The notes under the pieces were generated by a model. The model saw only the letters and a program-made list of their open reading frames with translations. It was not told the DNA's origin and searched no databases. Of a stretch of DNA of 64,000 nt, positions 37,921-49,432 are shown in pieces. The translations under genes and the position numbers were made by a program. Each line of letters starts with the position of its first letter. Within the stretch, counting starts at the first letter, position 1. The stretch lies in assembly GCA_038496445.1 (NCBI GenBank), contig JALMLS010000310.1, positions 62,001 to 126,000 of the forward strand. Direction: 5' to 3'. This stretch comes from Trichosphaerium sp. ATCC 40318. Its lineage: Eukaryota > Protista > Tubulinea.

Positions 37921-38599
37921 AATCTATTAAACCAGGCTCTAAAGTACTTGGCCCATGAAAAAAAATGGAATAAATTGTTTTCCAGTATTTGGAACAGAGG
38001 CCGCAATCAATTATGGTAGTTAGATCACCTACAAAATTGAGTAGAAAAGGAATGAGCTCTCAGGTAGCATACATCGCAATTATACACTAGTTAATTTTGA
38101 TCACGTGCAATGGCGTTCAATCGATCAGCGTTTTTTACATGATTCTTTATTGCTTGTACAAAAAAGCCGAAGCAGCTCAACTTAATATTTCCTCTATTTT
38201 TTATGTATGAAGAAGAAAACAAGTGCAATTTATGTTTTGTTTCTATTCTATTGTATGTTATTCCTGTGCGCCTGGTGAGCGAAGGATGTTCATATTTGTC
38301 AAGGGTTTGATAAGTTTGTCTTCTAGGAGGTTTTCGGATCTCAAACCGTTCACAACAACTTTTGCTGAACCAAAAAGTGTACTGCCCGCAACTTTCGGAC
38401 GTAAAAACTGCTTGCCGGAAGCGATAAAAATGGTAAAACTATAACGATATTTAGTAAATGTAACAAATAACCTGATTTCGGAGCAAAAAGGGGTACGTTT
38501 TATGAATGAAGGTGTATCACGTTCAGGAAACGGTTTTTCACATGAAGTGTTAAGTCACTTTTACCGCCGTTTGGTGTCCATCAAAACAAACTCATTAAA

Positions 38600-39058
38600 A
38601 TGACCTCAACCACCCTTCTAGTACTTGCTCTTACCCTTGTAGTTCTGGTACGTGTTCGTTTCAATCCTTCTTTACTCACAGCTTACTAGACTTTCGCTCA
38701 AGAACGCTGCTGTGTCTACAACGCTGAACGTGATGTTTGTGTTGACAACGGATGTGGAGAAAAAGGTATCATTCCTACCATCTGCAAAAAGGTTGGCATT
38801 CGTAACCCTGCCGGAGGTACAGCGCTTTAACCGCAAGTATACTAGCCCCCTAACTTCATCTTAGAAGTTGTCAAGTCTTGTCTATGCGTCCCAAGGAATC
38901 CTGAGATCGCTGATAACTGCAGAACACCAGCTACTGGCGATTGTGGAGATATGAACTGCGAAAGAGCTCTTACCCGCGCTCAAATCAGGTCCCCACTCGG
39001 TTGTGTTCGTACTACCAGAGGTAGACAAGACCGTTGTGTATGCTCTGTATGCTTTTAA
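38600..39058 (+). CDS. Small secreted cysteine-rich protein (one 14-Cys domain), 3 exons
   Basis: MTSTTLLVLALTLVVL|TFAQERCCVYNAERDVCVDNGCGEKGIIPTICKKVGIRNPAG|EVVKSCLCVPRNPEIADNCRTPATGDCGDMNCERALTRAQIRSPLGCVRTTRGRQDRCVCSVCF*. Confidence 0.85.
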
Positions 39059-39855
39059 AGTAATGTCTACTCAATAAACCCTCACTCTCATCAACTTGTT
39101 TTTTAATTCACTTCCTGTACATGTGCCTTTCAACAAACGCAAATCCACCGTGCTGAACTACTTTGTGCCAATTTCAATAATTTAGATTGTTTGTTTTTTG
39201 TTGTAACAAATGACATGTCCAGTAACAGGTTTCGTCATACAAGCTCTATGTCAACAATACAATGTAGATTTGGTAAGCCCGTGAATTAGTGACCTCTTTC
39301 ACAAGCACAAGCTATTTGGGAAGACATAAAGATAAAAACATGCAACTCCTTTTTCATGCTGCACTTGAATGGACTTACAACCTGAACTTTATAGCGTTCA
39401 CACAGCGCAAGTTGGGTAAAGTACTTAATATTATACCAGTTCTCTCGCAAGTGGAATACAGTAAAAAGTAACTCACTGAGGACACAATTTGAGACGTCGG
39501 TTTTCGCCATAAGTAACGTATGTAGTTAACCCGCAAATGTCGGCCTAGCTGAAAAAAAAAACAAGCCTGAAATAGTACAACTGTACAACAGCGTCAAATA
39601 TAGCTGGAAACATACTAGCCTTCCTGCAAATTCGGCCGATAAACTCGGTTTTTGTGTTTGGTGCTGACGCACATGTTTTTCGCTTTCCTCTTCGGAATAG
39701 GCGCTAAAGAAAAGCAACACGTGTACGAACAGGCATCTTTGTATTTTCGCACTTTTGGCTATTCTCTTTACGTTATCTAAACACGTGAGTTTCAGCTGAA
39801 TTTTTCTTTCGGGTCAAAAATAACCCAACAATTGGTACATATTTTAACAACAACT

Positions 39856-40739
39856 ATGACGTTAACAACTCTTCTCTTAGTCGCTCTTTCAATTATAACA
39901 ATTGTACGTTAGTTGATAGCGAAACAAATAAGAAAACAAATCGAGTATTCTGATTGAAGTAGGTGTCATCAAAACCATGCTGTACATACAATCCTGTTAC
40001 TGATAGCTGTACCGATGTCACTTGCTCTTCTCTCCCTGATGGTCTACCAAACGCTCTTCCTACAGTTTGTAAACTATTCAAAAGAGTATCAAGCAGCGGT
40101 AAGTGCTTTGTCGCAAACAAAAAATAGAACCCCTTGTATTGATTCGCTATAGGAGCCACAATAAAACAATGCGGCTGTGTTGTTGATGAGCCATCGGTAG
40201 TAGAAGGAAGTTGTTTTCCTGACCCTGATACTGGTCGTTGTTTCGATACACCTCCTGTAGAGTTATGCAAAACACGTATGCAAAGACTCGGGTTTGATAA
40301 CGGCGAGTGTTGGAACACAGAAGAAGGCTGCCGATGTGTTATCTGCGGTGAAGTCGAACAAAGACCATGTTGCGAATTGTTGGCAAACGGTGAGTGCAGT
40401 GACGTCACTTGCAGCAGAAGAGGTGAGGCAGTTGGTGAACCAACGACTTGCTTGAAAGTGTGGAGAAGATCACAAGTTGGACAACGTACGCCTTTACTTG
40501 TAAATATTCTAATATTAACATTGATTTTTTTAGTAAGACCTTCTTGTCTCTGTGTACCACGTGATAGAGAATTACTTGATAATTGTAGAACACCAGCCTT
40601 CCCACAAGAATGCGGTGATATGAATTGTAAACTGGACTTGAGAACATCTGGATTTCCAAATCCTTTAGGTTGCGTTAGATCTGTACTTCGCACACCACAA
40701 GGAAGAATAGAACGTTGTCTTTGCTCTGTATGTGACTAA
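39856..40739 (+). CDS. Secreted cysteine-rich protein (two tandem 14-Cys domains), 4 exons
   Basis: Signal peptide MTLTTLLLVALSIITI. Two domains with the same Cys spacing. The second shares SCLCVPR, DNCRTPA, CGDMNC, PLGCVR and RCxCSVC with the upstream gene. Confidence 0.87.
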
Positions 40740-40962
40740 GAAATTCCAAAATACTGTTCAGATCTGAAAGAACAATAAACTCATTCACAAACATGTCTAT
40801 CCGTTTCTCTGCAGAATTAAGCTGATCACTTTGACACGATATTTTTTAGTTCGTTGTGCTACTTACAATTGCAGTTTTTAACTTCAATTTAATTCTGCTA
40901 CGCCGAGACTAAGTATTTGATTTTCATAGCTACTGATACGTTGTTTTTATTTACATTTGTAG

Positions 40963-42333
40963 TTATTGTTGAGCACAGCGGCTTGTAAACACTTCATCAT
41001 CACTGTCGCGTTCTTCTGGGACAGGGAAAATACTCATGGGTTGCATTGGAGAATCACATACTTGAGATCTCGGTAATGTAGTTTGTGAAAGCAACTAAAC
41101 ATGCTGTTAGGTACCAAAAACTGCTTGATAAGTGACATACGTTTACTGAAGCATCATCTATTGTCATTGGGTACTGAATGTCGAACTCAATATATAGATC
41201 ACCACTAGATGTTGGGTTGTTATATAACGGAAGGCCTTCTCCTTGGACACTATATCTAGCTCCTGGTTTTATTGGACCTCGATTTCTACAGAAAGTTAGG
41301 TTTTTTTTTTTGAGCTTACAGCTTCGTACCTTGTGTTATGTTCAACAACTATCGGCATTCCAGAAACATGCTTGATCTTAAATTTGAACCCAATTAAAGA
41401 ATCAAGGAGAGTAATGCTTTTTTTATAAACCAAATGTTGCCCTTCGTTGCCTGTTCTCGAAAACCTGATGAGACATTAAGTGCAAATATTTCAAACAAAA
41501 ATCATCGCACGTGCTATGTTCCGCATCGTATAACTGAATGATTACTTCACCTGGTTGCAACCCTTGTATTTCGTCACCAAACCCAGGAAATCTAAATTTA
41601 TGTCCAGGTGGTGTTCCAGGTTCAATGTTGAGTGTAAGAGCAACTTGATCCTAAAAACAAAAAGAAAATTAACAAAAAAACAGAAAAAAACAGGAAATCA
41701 TTTTCCTTTTTGGCGCAACGTTCATCTTTGACTTTAATGAAATCACGTGCCACTGTATTATTAAGACGTTTACGAGATAATTTGAATGTTTTTGTGCATC
41801 CTGTAAAGATTTCTTTCAAAGTTACTTGAATAGCCATTATTTTTGTTGGACCATAACCTTGAGGTTGTACATGCACAGGAGCGTTTATATCATTCATAAA
41901 TTCTGTAAAAGGATCTTTTTTATCGTCTTCACGCAGTTTCTGCTCTTGTAAGCCGGATTGACCAGCTAAGTGTTGTCTTAGGTTGTTTTTACTGTTTAAA
42001 AGCATTTCTACGCTATTAAGGGTAGATTGAAGAACATACCGGCGTCGTACACGCGCTTTTTCTCTGGTTTTGATAAAACGCCATAAGCTTCGTTAATGTT
42101 TTTAAACTGGATTAGTTAGGCGCTTAATAGCGGTTTTAGAGCATTTAAGAGGCAACTTGCCTTTTCTACTGCGTCTTCACTCTTGTTTCTGTCAGGATGA
42201 TACTTTATTGCTAGCTAGACGCTCAGATGGCCACATTATAACTTTCTAAGCTTCAACGTACTTTTCTGTACGCTTTTTTGATTACAGCAGCTGAGGCATC
42301 TCTTGGTACACCTAATACCTTGTAGTAATCCAT
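40963..42333 (-). CDS. DnaJ/Hsp40 co-chaperone (J domain + C-terminal domains, no zinc finger, CaaX end)
   Basis: MDYYKVLGVPRDASAAVIKKAYRK|LAIKYHPDRNK...FKNINEAYGVLS; VTLKEIFTGCTK; IEPGTPPGHKFRFPGFGDE; GEGLP..GDLYIEFDIQYP; ends RCAQQ*. Confidence 0.92.
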
Positions 42334-42580
42334 TCCACAGGTTTACATACACCTTCGCAGGTTGTAAAATATGACTCCATTTGACCTGTAAAAACAGTAC
42401 AGCACGTGATAACCTTGTACAATCATAATGATAACTAACTACAACTTAATACCGTGCTCATAACGTCGAGTAATTATGTTGATGTTATTTGATTTCACTT
42501 TATTTTGTTGAACATCCAGTTGATGCTTTTGTGTCAATTTTTTTTAATATTGTGATTTTGATTCTTAGTTTCTCCTTTGT

Positions 42581-43627
42581 TTAGTCTATACTGGCTATTA
42601 TATGTACTTCCCACTCGTAGAAATTACCCATACAAACTTCTAAGTAAACATAACGCTGGCTTGATAGGTTGTAGAAACCAACAGAAGATGATAAAGTACT
42701 AAATTTAGTAATCTTCCTAATAGGTGCTTCCGATCTTAAGAAAATTACACCACAAGGTACCTCTGTTGCAACAACATCGAGATATGAAGGCTTTTCACCA
42801 AGCGATCCCATGTAGTCTGGACGAGGTGTGCAAGTTGCTCTAATACTGACAACGCGTTTGCCTTCCATTTCAGTAAATCTGTAATTGGCATAGCTGTAAA
42901 AACTTTTGGAATTTGTGAACATTGACAAATGACAAGAAAATACAGTCTCCTTTGTTGATTCTATTGATGGAAAACACAGTACTGCTCTATTTCCACGAGG
43001 ACTGGGAGTAATGTCGTAATATCGCCTCTTATCTTTTAATTTAGGTCTGCGTAGTGTCGCTCTTTTGTTTCCTCTATAATTTATTGTATATTCGCCCACG
43101 TGATCTAGCACGTTTTTGCAACGTCTCGTGAACGCTTTATTGTGGTGATACGCAGACCTGTGCTTCAAATAGGATGAGTAGTTTTGACATAAAAAGGATA
43201 TAGATTCGTCTTGACAGTCTTTTAAAAATATGTCCAAGTTTTTAAAAGCACCAATTACCAGTGTTAAGTTTGTTGAATGTATTATGAAACGGAACAGCAT
43301 ATTTATGTAGTCTTTTGGCTCTAATAACACCCTAAACGCGCCAAATAATCGATATAATGGTCCGCTTTTGAATAGTATTCGGATGTAAGCCTTTAAGCTC
43401 GATTTAAATGATGAACTCAAGTAATCACGCCAGGTAGAGCATACCACTCGCCCAGAGCATATTACTAGTATATTAGTACGTTTGCATAGTTGTTTTAAGT
43501 TTTTGTGTTGAACGTCATTTGATGGCGCTTTTATTACATCATTTAATATGTAGTACGTCAATTCTAGAGGCAAAGGCCAACAGCCTACGTTGTTGATATC
43601 CGGTTCCATGCTACTTTTAACATTCAC
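42581..43627 (-). CDS. F-box-like protein, intronless, unknown C-terminal domain
   Basis: 348-codon ORF. LPLELTYYILNDV...RVVCSTWRDYL fits an F-box with an insertion. Confidence 0.7.
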   Translation of the reverse strand: MNVKSSMEPDINNVGCWPLPLELTYYILNDVIKAPSNDVQHKNLKQLCKRTNILVICSGRVVCSTWRDYLSSSFKSSLKAYIRILFKSGPLYRLFGAFRVLLEPKDYINMLFRFIIHSTNLTLVIGAFKNLDIFLKDCQDESISFLCQNYSSYLKHRSAYHHNKAFTRRCKNVLDHVGEYTINYRGNKRATLRRPKLKDKRRYYDITPSPRGNRAVLCFPSIESTKETVFSCHLSMFTNSKSFYSYANYRFTEMEGKRVVSIRATCTPRPDYMGSLGEKPSYLDVVATEVPCGVIFLRSEAPIRKITKFSTLSSSVGFYNLSSQRYVYLEVCMGNFYEWEVHIIASID

Positions 43628-43790
43628 TTATAGTAGACTACGAAACTTAACCAGACAACTGATCTATCAGTGATTGCAACAAACTCCGTTCGTACTTGTG
43701 GTTTGAATTCCACAAATACAACTGACATTTGTATCGCTGGCAAGCAAAAGGGAGCTCTATTTTCCCACATTCCAAAGGAGAAAAGAAAGC

Positions 43791-46700
43791 TCAACGCCTT
43801 TCCTGTATGTAACGACATCCAAAAAGGACAGTATAAGCAGCGCTGAAAGATGGACAAGAAAGGAAAAAGCCAACCCGAAACGCTCCAAGGCAAGCATTTG
43901 TAAAGAGACTTTTGGTTAAACGGATTTTATTGTACAAAGTAACGAAAAAAAAACTTACTCCTGCTAACAACTTCTTGTAGTTGATTAATTTGTATGAAGA
44001 TTGAAAATACCATACGAAGGGCATCTAAGGTAAGAGTAAGAAAATAATACAATACTGTGAGGACCCGAGAAGTAGTCAATTCTTTTAGATTTTTTTCAAC
44101 AAAAATAAAATTTTATGTAAACGTACATGTTTAATACTTTCTCAAACCTCTGATCAAGACGATCCAAATCCATACTTTGCTGCTCAAGGCAGTTCCTCAA
44201 AATTTCATCTGCTGGCATTTTATTGAATAACTTATGCTAAAAAAACAGGTAAGAAGGTAAATTAAAAAGTTGTTGATTTGTTAACAAACTAATCGACTTT
44301 TACTAACCCTCAATAAACTTGTTGCTGGTGGCCTAGAACTTGGTTGTTTTTTTAGTGCCGTTTGTATAAAATTACGCAAACTAGACGACCACTGTGTTCC
44401 CCTTTTAGAAGTTTAGTAAAGACGAAACAAAAACCACAAACAAACCTTAGATTTGGTGCTGGGTTCTTTGATATTTGGAACAAAGCAGCCATAGGTGTCA
44501 TATCATGGTAAGGTGGTTTTCGTTCTGCGATTTCTAACATTGTTTCGGTTACAAAAAAAAACGTCCAGTAAAGTAAGACTACTTACCAATTGCTGTGATA
44601 CCCAAACTCCAAATATCGCAACTGTGGTTATGACCAGTGCCTTGAAAAATCTCTGGAGCCATCCTTTAATAAATAAATGAGAAATCATTGTAGAATAATA
44701 CCAATAAACGCAAACAAAAAAAAAAGCAGAGAGGCAAAACATTTATTAGAATCATACGTACCAGTATGGTGATCCAATTGTTGTAGTACGCAGCTCATCA
44801 AACGATGTAACTTGAGCTGATATTCCAAAATCGCCTGTTGGAGCAAAAAAGTTAGTACGTACTGAAAAATAAAATAACGTACTTAATTTGCACTTTCCAT
44901 CAGTGCCAAGAAGGATATTTTGAGCTATGCGATCAATTAGAATACCAAGCAAGGATACCCACTGAATGGTAAATACTACGTACACTTTATGTCTCTGTGT
45001 ATAATATTGACTGAATGCAAGTACGCAATAGCATGCGTAATCTTATGTAAAATAATGCGAACTTGATCTTCGGTAAAGTCTACAAAACGGTTAACAAAGT
45101 TGTATGACCTGTCTAAGCAAAAAAAATACGTACCAACAGGCATTTTATCGAGAATCATTGTGAGACTACCACAGTCAAAGTATTCCATTACCAACTACAT
45201 TATAATAAGATCAAACAAGTTCAAGGCGTGACAATGGCTGTGTACCCAATGGTAGTCGTAGTAGTAATAAGTAGCATAGTATTTTGATGTATATAACGTA
45301 TTGAGTTGTGTTAGGAACTTAATTTCCTTCTCAATTAGAACTTGTGCGTCATCTGTATTACCAGGCATTGTAAGCAACTTAACAGCTACTATTGAGCCTG
45401 TTTCTTTATTCTTGGCACGAAATACGAGTGATGTAGACCTATAAATGAAAACTCATTAAATAAAATACGTGCGCAGGTAGTGACATTAAATTAAGCGTAC
45501 CCTTTGCCAATAATATTTGTAAGCTCAAAATCATCCTGTATATTGCCTTGTATGTACATATCGTCATGTGTTTGTGTTTTCTTTAATAGAATGTTTTCTG
45601 TTTTTAAATCTTTCATTTGATTTTCAAGAGCTGCTAGCTTTCTCTATAATACCATTAAACGAATAACCGTTGTTTCACGCCATAAAAATTATCGTAACAC
45701 GTACTGCTAGTTCAGCAACTTGATCCTAACCCAAAATGAGCAACAAAGTCTTTCAAAAAAAAAGATAATGCGTACGTCTTTATCTGTTTGTGGAGCCGGA
45801 CGGAAAGATGAGCTACTAGATGCCTCATACTCTAATGCTGGAACAGAAGAGTTTCTACGTGTCACCCTACTACGTTCGGTGCTTATTCTACTATCTTGAC
45901 TACGTCTGGTATCTTGACTACGCCTAGTCTCTAAACTAGCTATAAAGTAAAACAACTTAGCAAAAAAATAAATAGTAAGCTCAGGTACCCCAACCAGAAG
46001 CTGAATTTGCCAATGTTATACTAAAAGAAACATCCACTGACGTTTGCTCTATAACACGGACTGTGACGTTGACCTACACAACCATTGAACAGATATTTTA
46101 CAAAAAAAACCACTCATGCTTATCTAAACGTACCATAATTCCACGTTTGTTCTTCATACGCGTTTCGATCACTTGAGCGCCCATTTTGACCTGAGCTACA
46201 AATTTATTCAACGTTTTCATTTCAGGGTCAAGAAACGATAATAATTTTTTGCCAATCATTCTACTACGTTTGTATCTATTATACTAACATTAGAGACATC
46301 TCTACAAATAGATCTATAAACCTCAAAGAAGCACAGCACCTCAATTACGTCCAGAAAAAACTTTCCAAAAATAACCTTTTCAAAACTGACCAAAAACTGA
46401 CCAAAGCGTACCCAAGAGCATCAATTGGTCCAGATACTGCATCAATTTTTGTAGTGGTAATATTACAAGAAACGAATATGCTATCATCAGATGCTGATGC
46501 GCTAAGTGCTTCGGAGTAAGAAAAAAGAAAAATAAAGTAAAAAAGTTACTACGCGTCATCTCCTTTACCTTTGTGTATCTGTGTGTTCCACTGATGATGT
46601 ACCAGGTGATCGTGATGATAGAGAGCGCACATTCTCCTTTAGAAATCGATTAATCGCTTTTTCTTTATTGTTTTTTGACAATAAACGCTTACCGTGGCGG

Positions 46701-47234
46701 TACTAGCTGCTATGCCTGAGAGAGGGAAATACGTGAGAGCCGACAGCCATACTTCCAGTTCTGATAATATTAGACAAAAACGAAATCATTTTCTTGAAAC
46801 GCTCACATGCGTACGTTTTCTAGATGCCACAGCGAATATAAACGGTGTTGTTTTCTTCTTTTTTGAATGTTTGTCGATCTAATGTAATAAACATGAGAAA
46901 ACTGCTGAACTCCATGTAGAGCAATAACATACCAACTCAAAGCAGTATTTACGTTTAACAGTTGCTGTTTCTCGAATAACATGCAAACGCAAATTTTTTG
47001 TTCTTTTTTTACCCTGAACAAAGTCCTGTACGCTGTTAATGAACAATAACAACGTAGTTGAAGTAACCAACCTTTTCACTGTCTGCATAACTGAAAACTC
47101 CACCACTCGCTCTACAATACTTAGGTACCCACCTTAGGCCTCTCTGGCGCTCTAAGGTGCCCTCAGCCCGCTATTATCTGTTAATAATAAACTATGTTCG
47201 GAGTACGTTATCATACTGTATTTCTCTGCGCCAT
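43791..47234 (-). CDS. PH + PAS + STE20-family (GCK/MST-like) Ser/Thr kinase; 3' end uncertain
   Basis: PH: EGTLERQRGLRWVPKYC...KYCFEL...FIFAV...LEVWLSAL. PAS: ALG|YKRSRMIGKKLLSFLDPE...ETRMKNKRGIM|VNVTVRV. Kinase: GKG, VAVK, EKEIKFL, WLVMEYFDCGSL, IHRDIK, DFGISAQ, TTIGSPYWMAPE, CDIWSLGITAIEIAERKPPY. Confidence 0.88.
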
Positions 47235-47952
47235 TAGCAGTAACCACAAGAAACAAAAGATTCAGCGACCAAACACGACGACTCGTGTAGCAATAAAATC
47301 ACCAGAATGATGCTGTAGCTGTTTTTAAGTTTAAACCGAACATCGCTATTTGTTGTGAGTAGCCTTGGGAGGATTATTTTTGTGTTTTGGTGTTCATCCA
47401 GTGGTGTGGTTCATAGTTTTTAGCTCAAGTTATCCCTCAACGCCGTTTGGCGTAAAAATAGGCTTGCAAAGATTTCTAGTAAACAAACCCTAAATTACGC
47501 AACGCTGAGTAGTGCTAAAGATATCACTAGAAACTTGACGTTTAAGAACACATTATAAATTGGTGCTTCGAAAATCATACTGTTAGTACGCTACCGATAT
47601 CGGCAGCCGCGTTTATAACTACATCAGAGTATTCGCAGCTCTATAAACTATTTTTTCCGTGTATGTTGACATAATTACTGCGTAGTGGACTTTAAGAATA
47701 CCAAGCGTCGCGTTGCAAGGCAGTGTGCCGAAGAGTATTAAAAAGGTGAACAAGTAGAATCTCCGGTTTCCCGAACAGTTACATAGAAAACGACTTAATT
47801 TAAAATTAGATCATCTTCAACCTTAGCGCAGCGTAAACACTCGATAAATAACCAAAAATATGACGAATCTAAATTTGCTGTTTAGTTATGAAAAACAGTG
47901 TAATTTCTGCTTCTTAGCTAAATCTTATAAGCATTAAACACTAAACAACAAC

Positions 47953-48242
47953 ATGGTAAGCACCTCTCCTGACGTCCTTGTAATTTAATTGCTCACACGT
48001 CTTTGTAGAACGGAGAAGTATTTGTACAAGTCGGTATCGTAAAGAAAGGCAGAGTTCTTACCTCTAACGCTGACTATGATAACCTCAAGTACTACTACAA
48101 GCCAATGACCCCAACTTCAGGCGAAGCGGTAGAAATTCTTGACGTAGAAGACTACGAGCATAAGATTATTCGTATCGATGGCTTGCGTTTCGGTAACGAA
48201 GTCTTTGGCTGCAGCGTAACTGTCGCTTCAGATGGTAGCTAA
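47953..48242 (+). CDS. Small 78-aa protein with an ATG-only first coding exon (absent from the ORF track)
   Basis: ATG|GTAAGC...TTTGTAG|, then an open frame NGEVFVQVGIVKKGRVLTSNADYDNLKYYYKPMTPTSGEAVEILDVEDYEHKIIRIDGLRFGNEVFGCSVTVASDGS*. TATAA upstream, AATAAA downstream, many C-ending codons. Confidence 0.75.
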
Positions 48243-48676
48243 ACAACCGGCTATTCCTCCTTGTAACTAACATCGTTGTTAACGATACTTGTACAAACCC
48301 AGCATTGTAATAAAGGCACTATTATCGCTAAACAAAAGACACGTCGTTTCATTTTTGCTTCTTTTTTTAGTAACCGAATAGGCCGAAACTACAAAAACGA
48401 ATAGAAAGAAATTCTACTTTCACCGTGTAGCCTTTGTTGTTATTTTTTGCAATTGCACTGAAGTAATGAACCGTCGTGCACCAAAAATCTTCGATTTTGT
48501 CTCTTTTAGTACTTGCGCAACCCGAAAATTACAAACAGAGTATATCACTTGGTCTGGAAACACGGTAATAACCGGTTCAGTCTATTCAAGCGCAAAAAGT
48601 CTCGAAATAATGTTCAAAACCTGACCTTCTTTTGTTCGGTAATTACGTTGTTATGACGTAAAAGTTCTGTTTATTA

Positions 48677-49180
48677 CTACTTAGAAGAGTTTACAGCGCT
48701 TTGCGTAATATAAATGCATTTTAGAGAAATTATGAGCCTTCCTTCGTCTACGAGCGTATAGCGAACATTCCACGTTTGAGGGAACGCTGGTAAGACTTGA
48801 AGAAGAGTTGCACCACCGTATGCTTTTTTAGAGAGAAAAGTAGGGTAACCGGTTCCGTTGAGCGCCTGTATATCAGCGTCCATGAACAAATGACCTGCTC
48901 TTCGGCTGTGTGTTTTGCTATCGGCGAAAATGATATTATTGTTCTCCGTAAGTTTCCTCATAGTAATAGCAGCGCCATCAGTTGTGTTGTCGATAAAAGT
49001 AACGTAGTCTCCTCGTTTTACTCCGTTTTTCTGTAGTACGTCGAGGTAATTTCCAGTAGATAGCTTATCTACGTTGCAATTGCAAGGTACATCTAAAGGA
49101 CTCTCATCATTTGTTTTTGTACTTGCAAATGCTACTGCGAACAGTACGCAAAGTGCAGCTAGGGTAGCGAGGTATTGCAT
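48677..49180 (-). CDS. Secreted hypothetical protein, intronless (167 aa)
   Basis: Signal peptide MQYLATLAALCVLFAVAFA, a CNC motif and N-glycosylation sequons. Confidence 0.72.
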   Translation of the reverse strand: MQYLATLAALCVLFAVAFASTKTNDESPLDVPCNCNVDKLSTGNYLDVLQKNGVKRGDYVTFIDNTTDGAAITMRKLTENNNIIFADSKTHSRRAGHLFMDADIQALNGTGYPTFLSKKAYGGATLLQVLPAFPQTWNVRYTLVDEGRLIISLKCIYITQSAVNSSK

Positions 49181-49432
49181 TGAAGATGGCAAAGTGTTGA
49201 CTGTGCGTATAATTCTCAAAATGGAAATATAACGAGTTAGTACACATAAAAAACAAGTTACACTTAATCAATCATCCAGACGCTACTACAGCGGGGTAAA
49301 GCCGTTTTTTCACTTAAATACCTCAGCAACGTATCATTTTCCGTTTTAGTACTCGGACTAGTCGCGCACTGCGTAGGTTAAAACAACCGCACAACAATGA
49401 AGCGCAATGCGTTTAATTTTTATTGAAAAATC

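Noticed and set aside
27520-38500. Weak similarity between intergenic 27520-27570 and the reverse complement of 38440-38485 (shared AAATATCGTTAT)
   Set aside because: Too short and AT-rich to call a repeat family without a genome-wide search.
39893-40693. 266-aa minus-strand ORF
   Set aside because: Antisense to the well-supported spliced Cys-rich gene, with no domain features.
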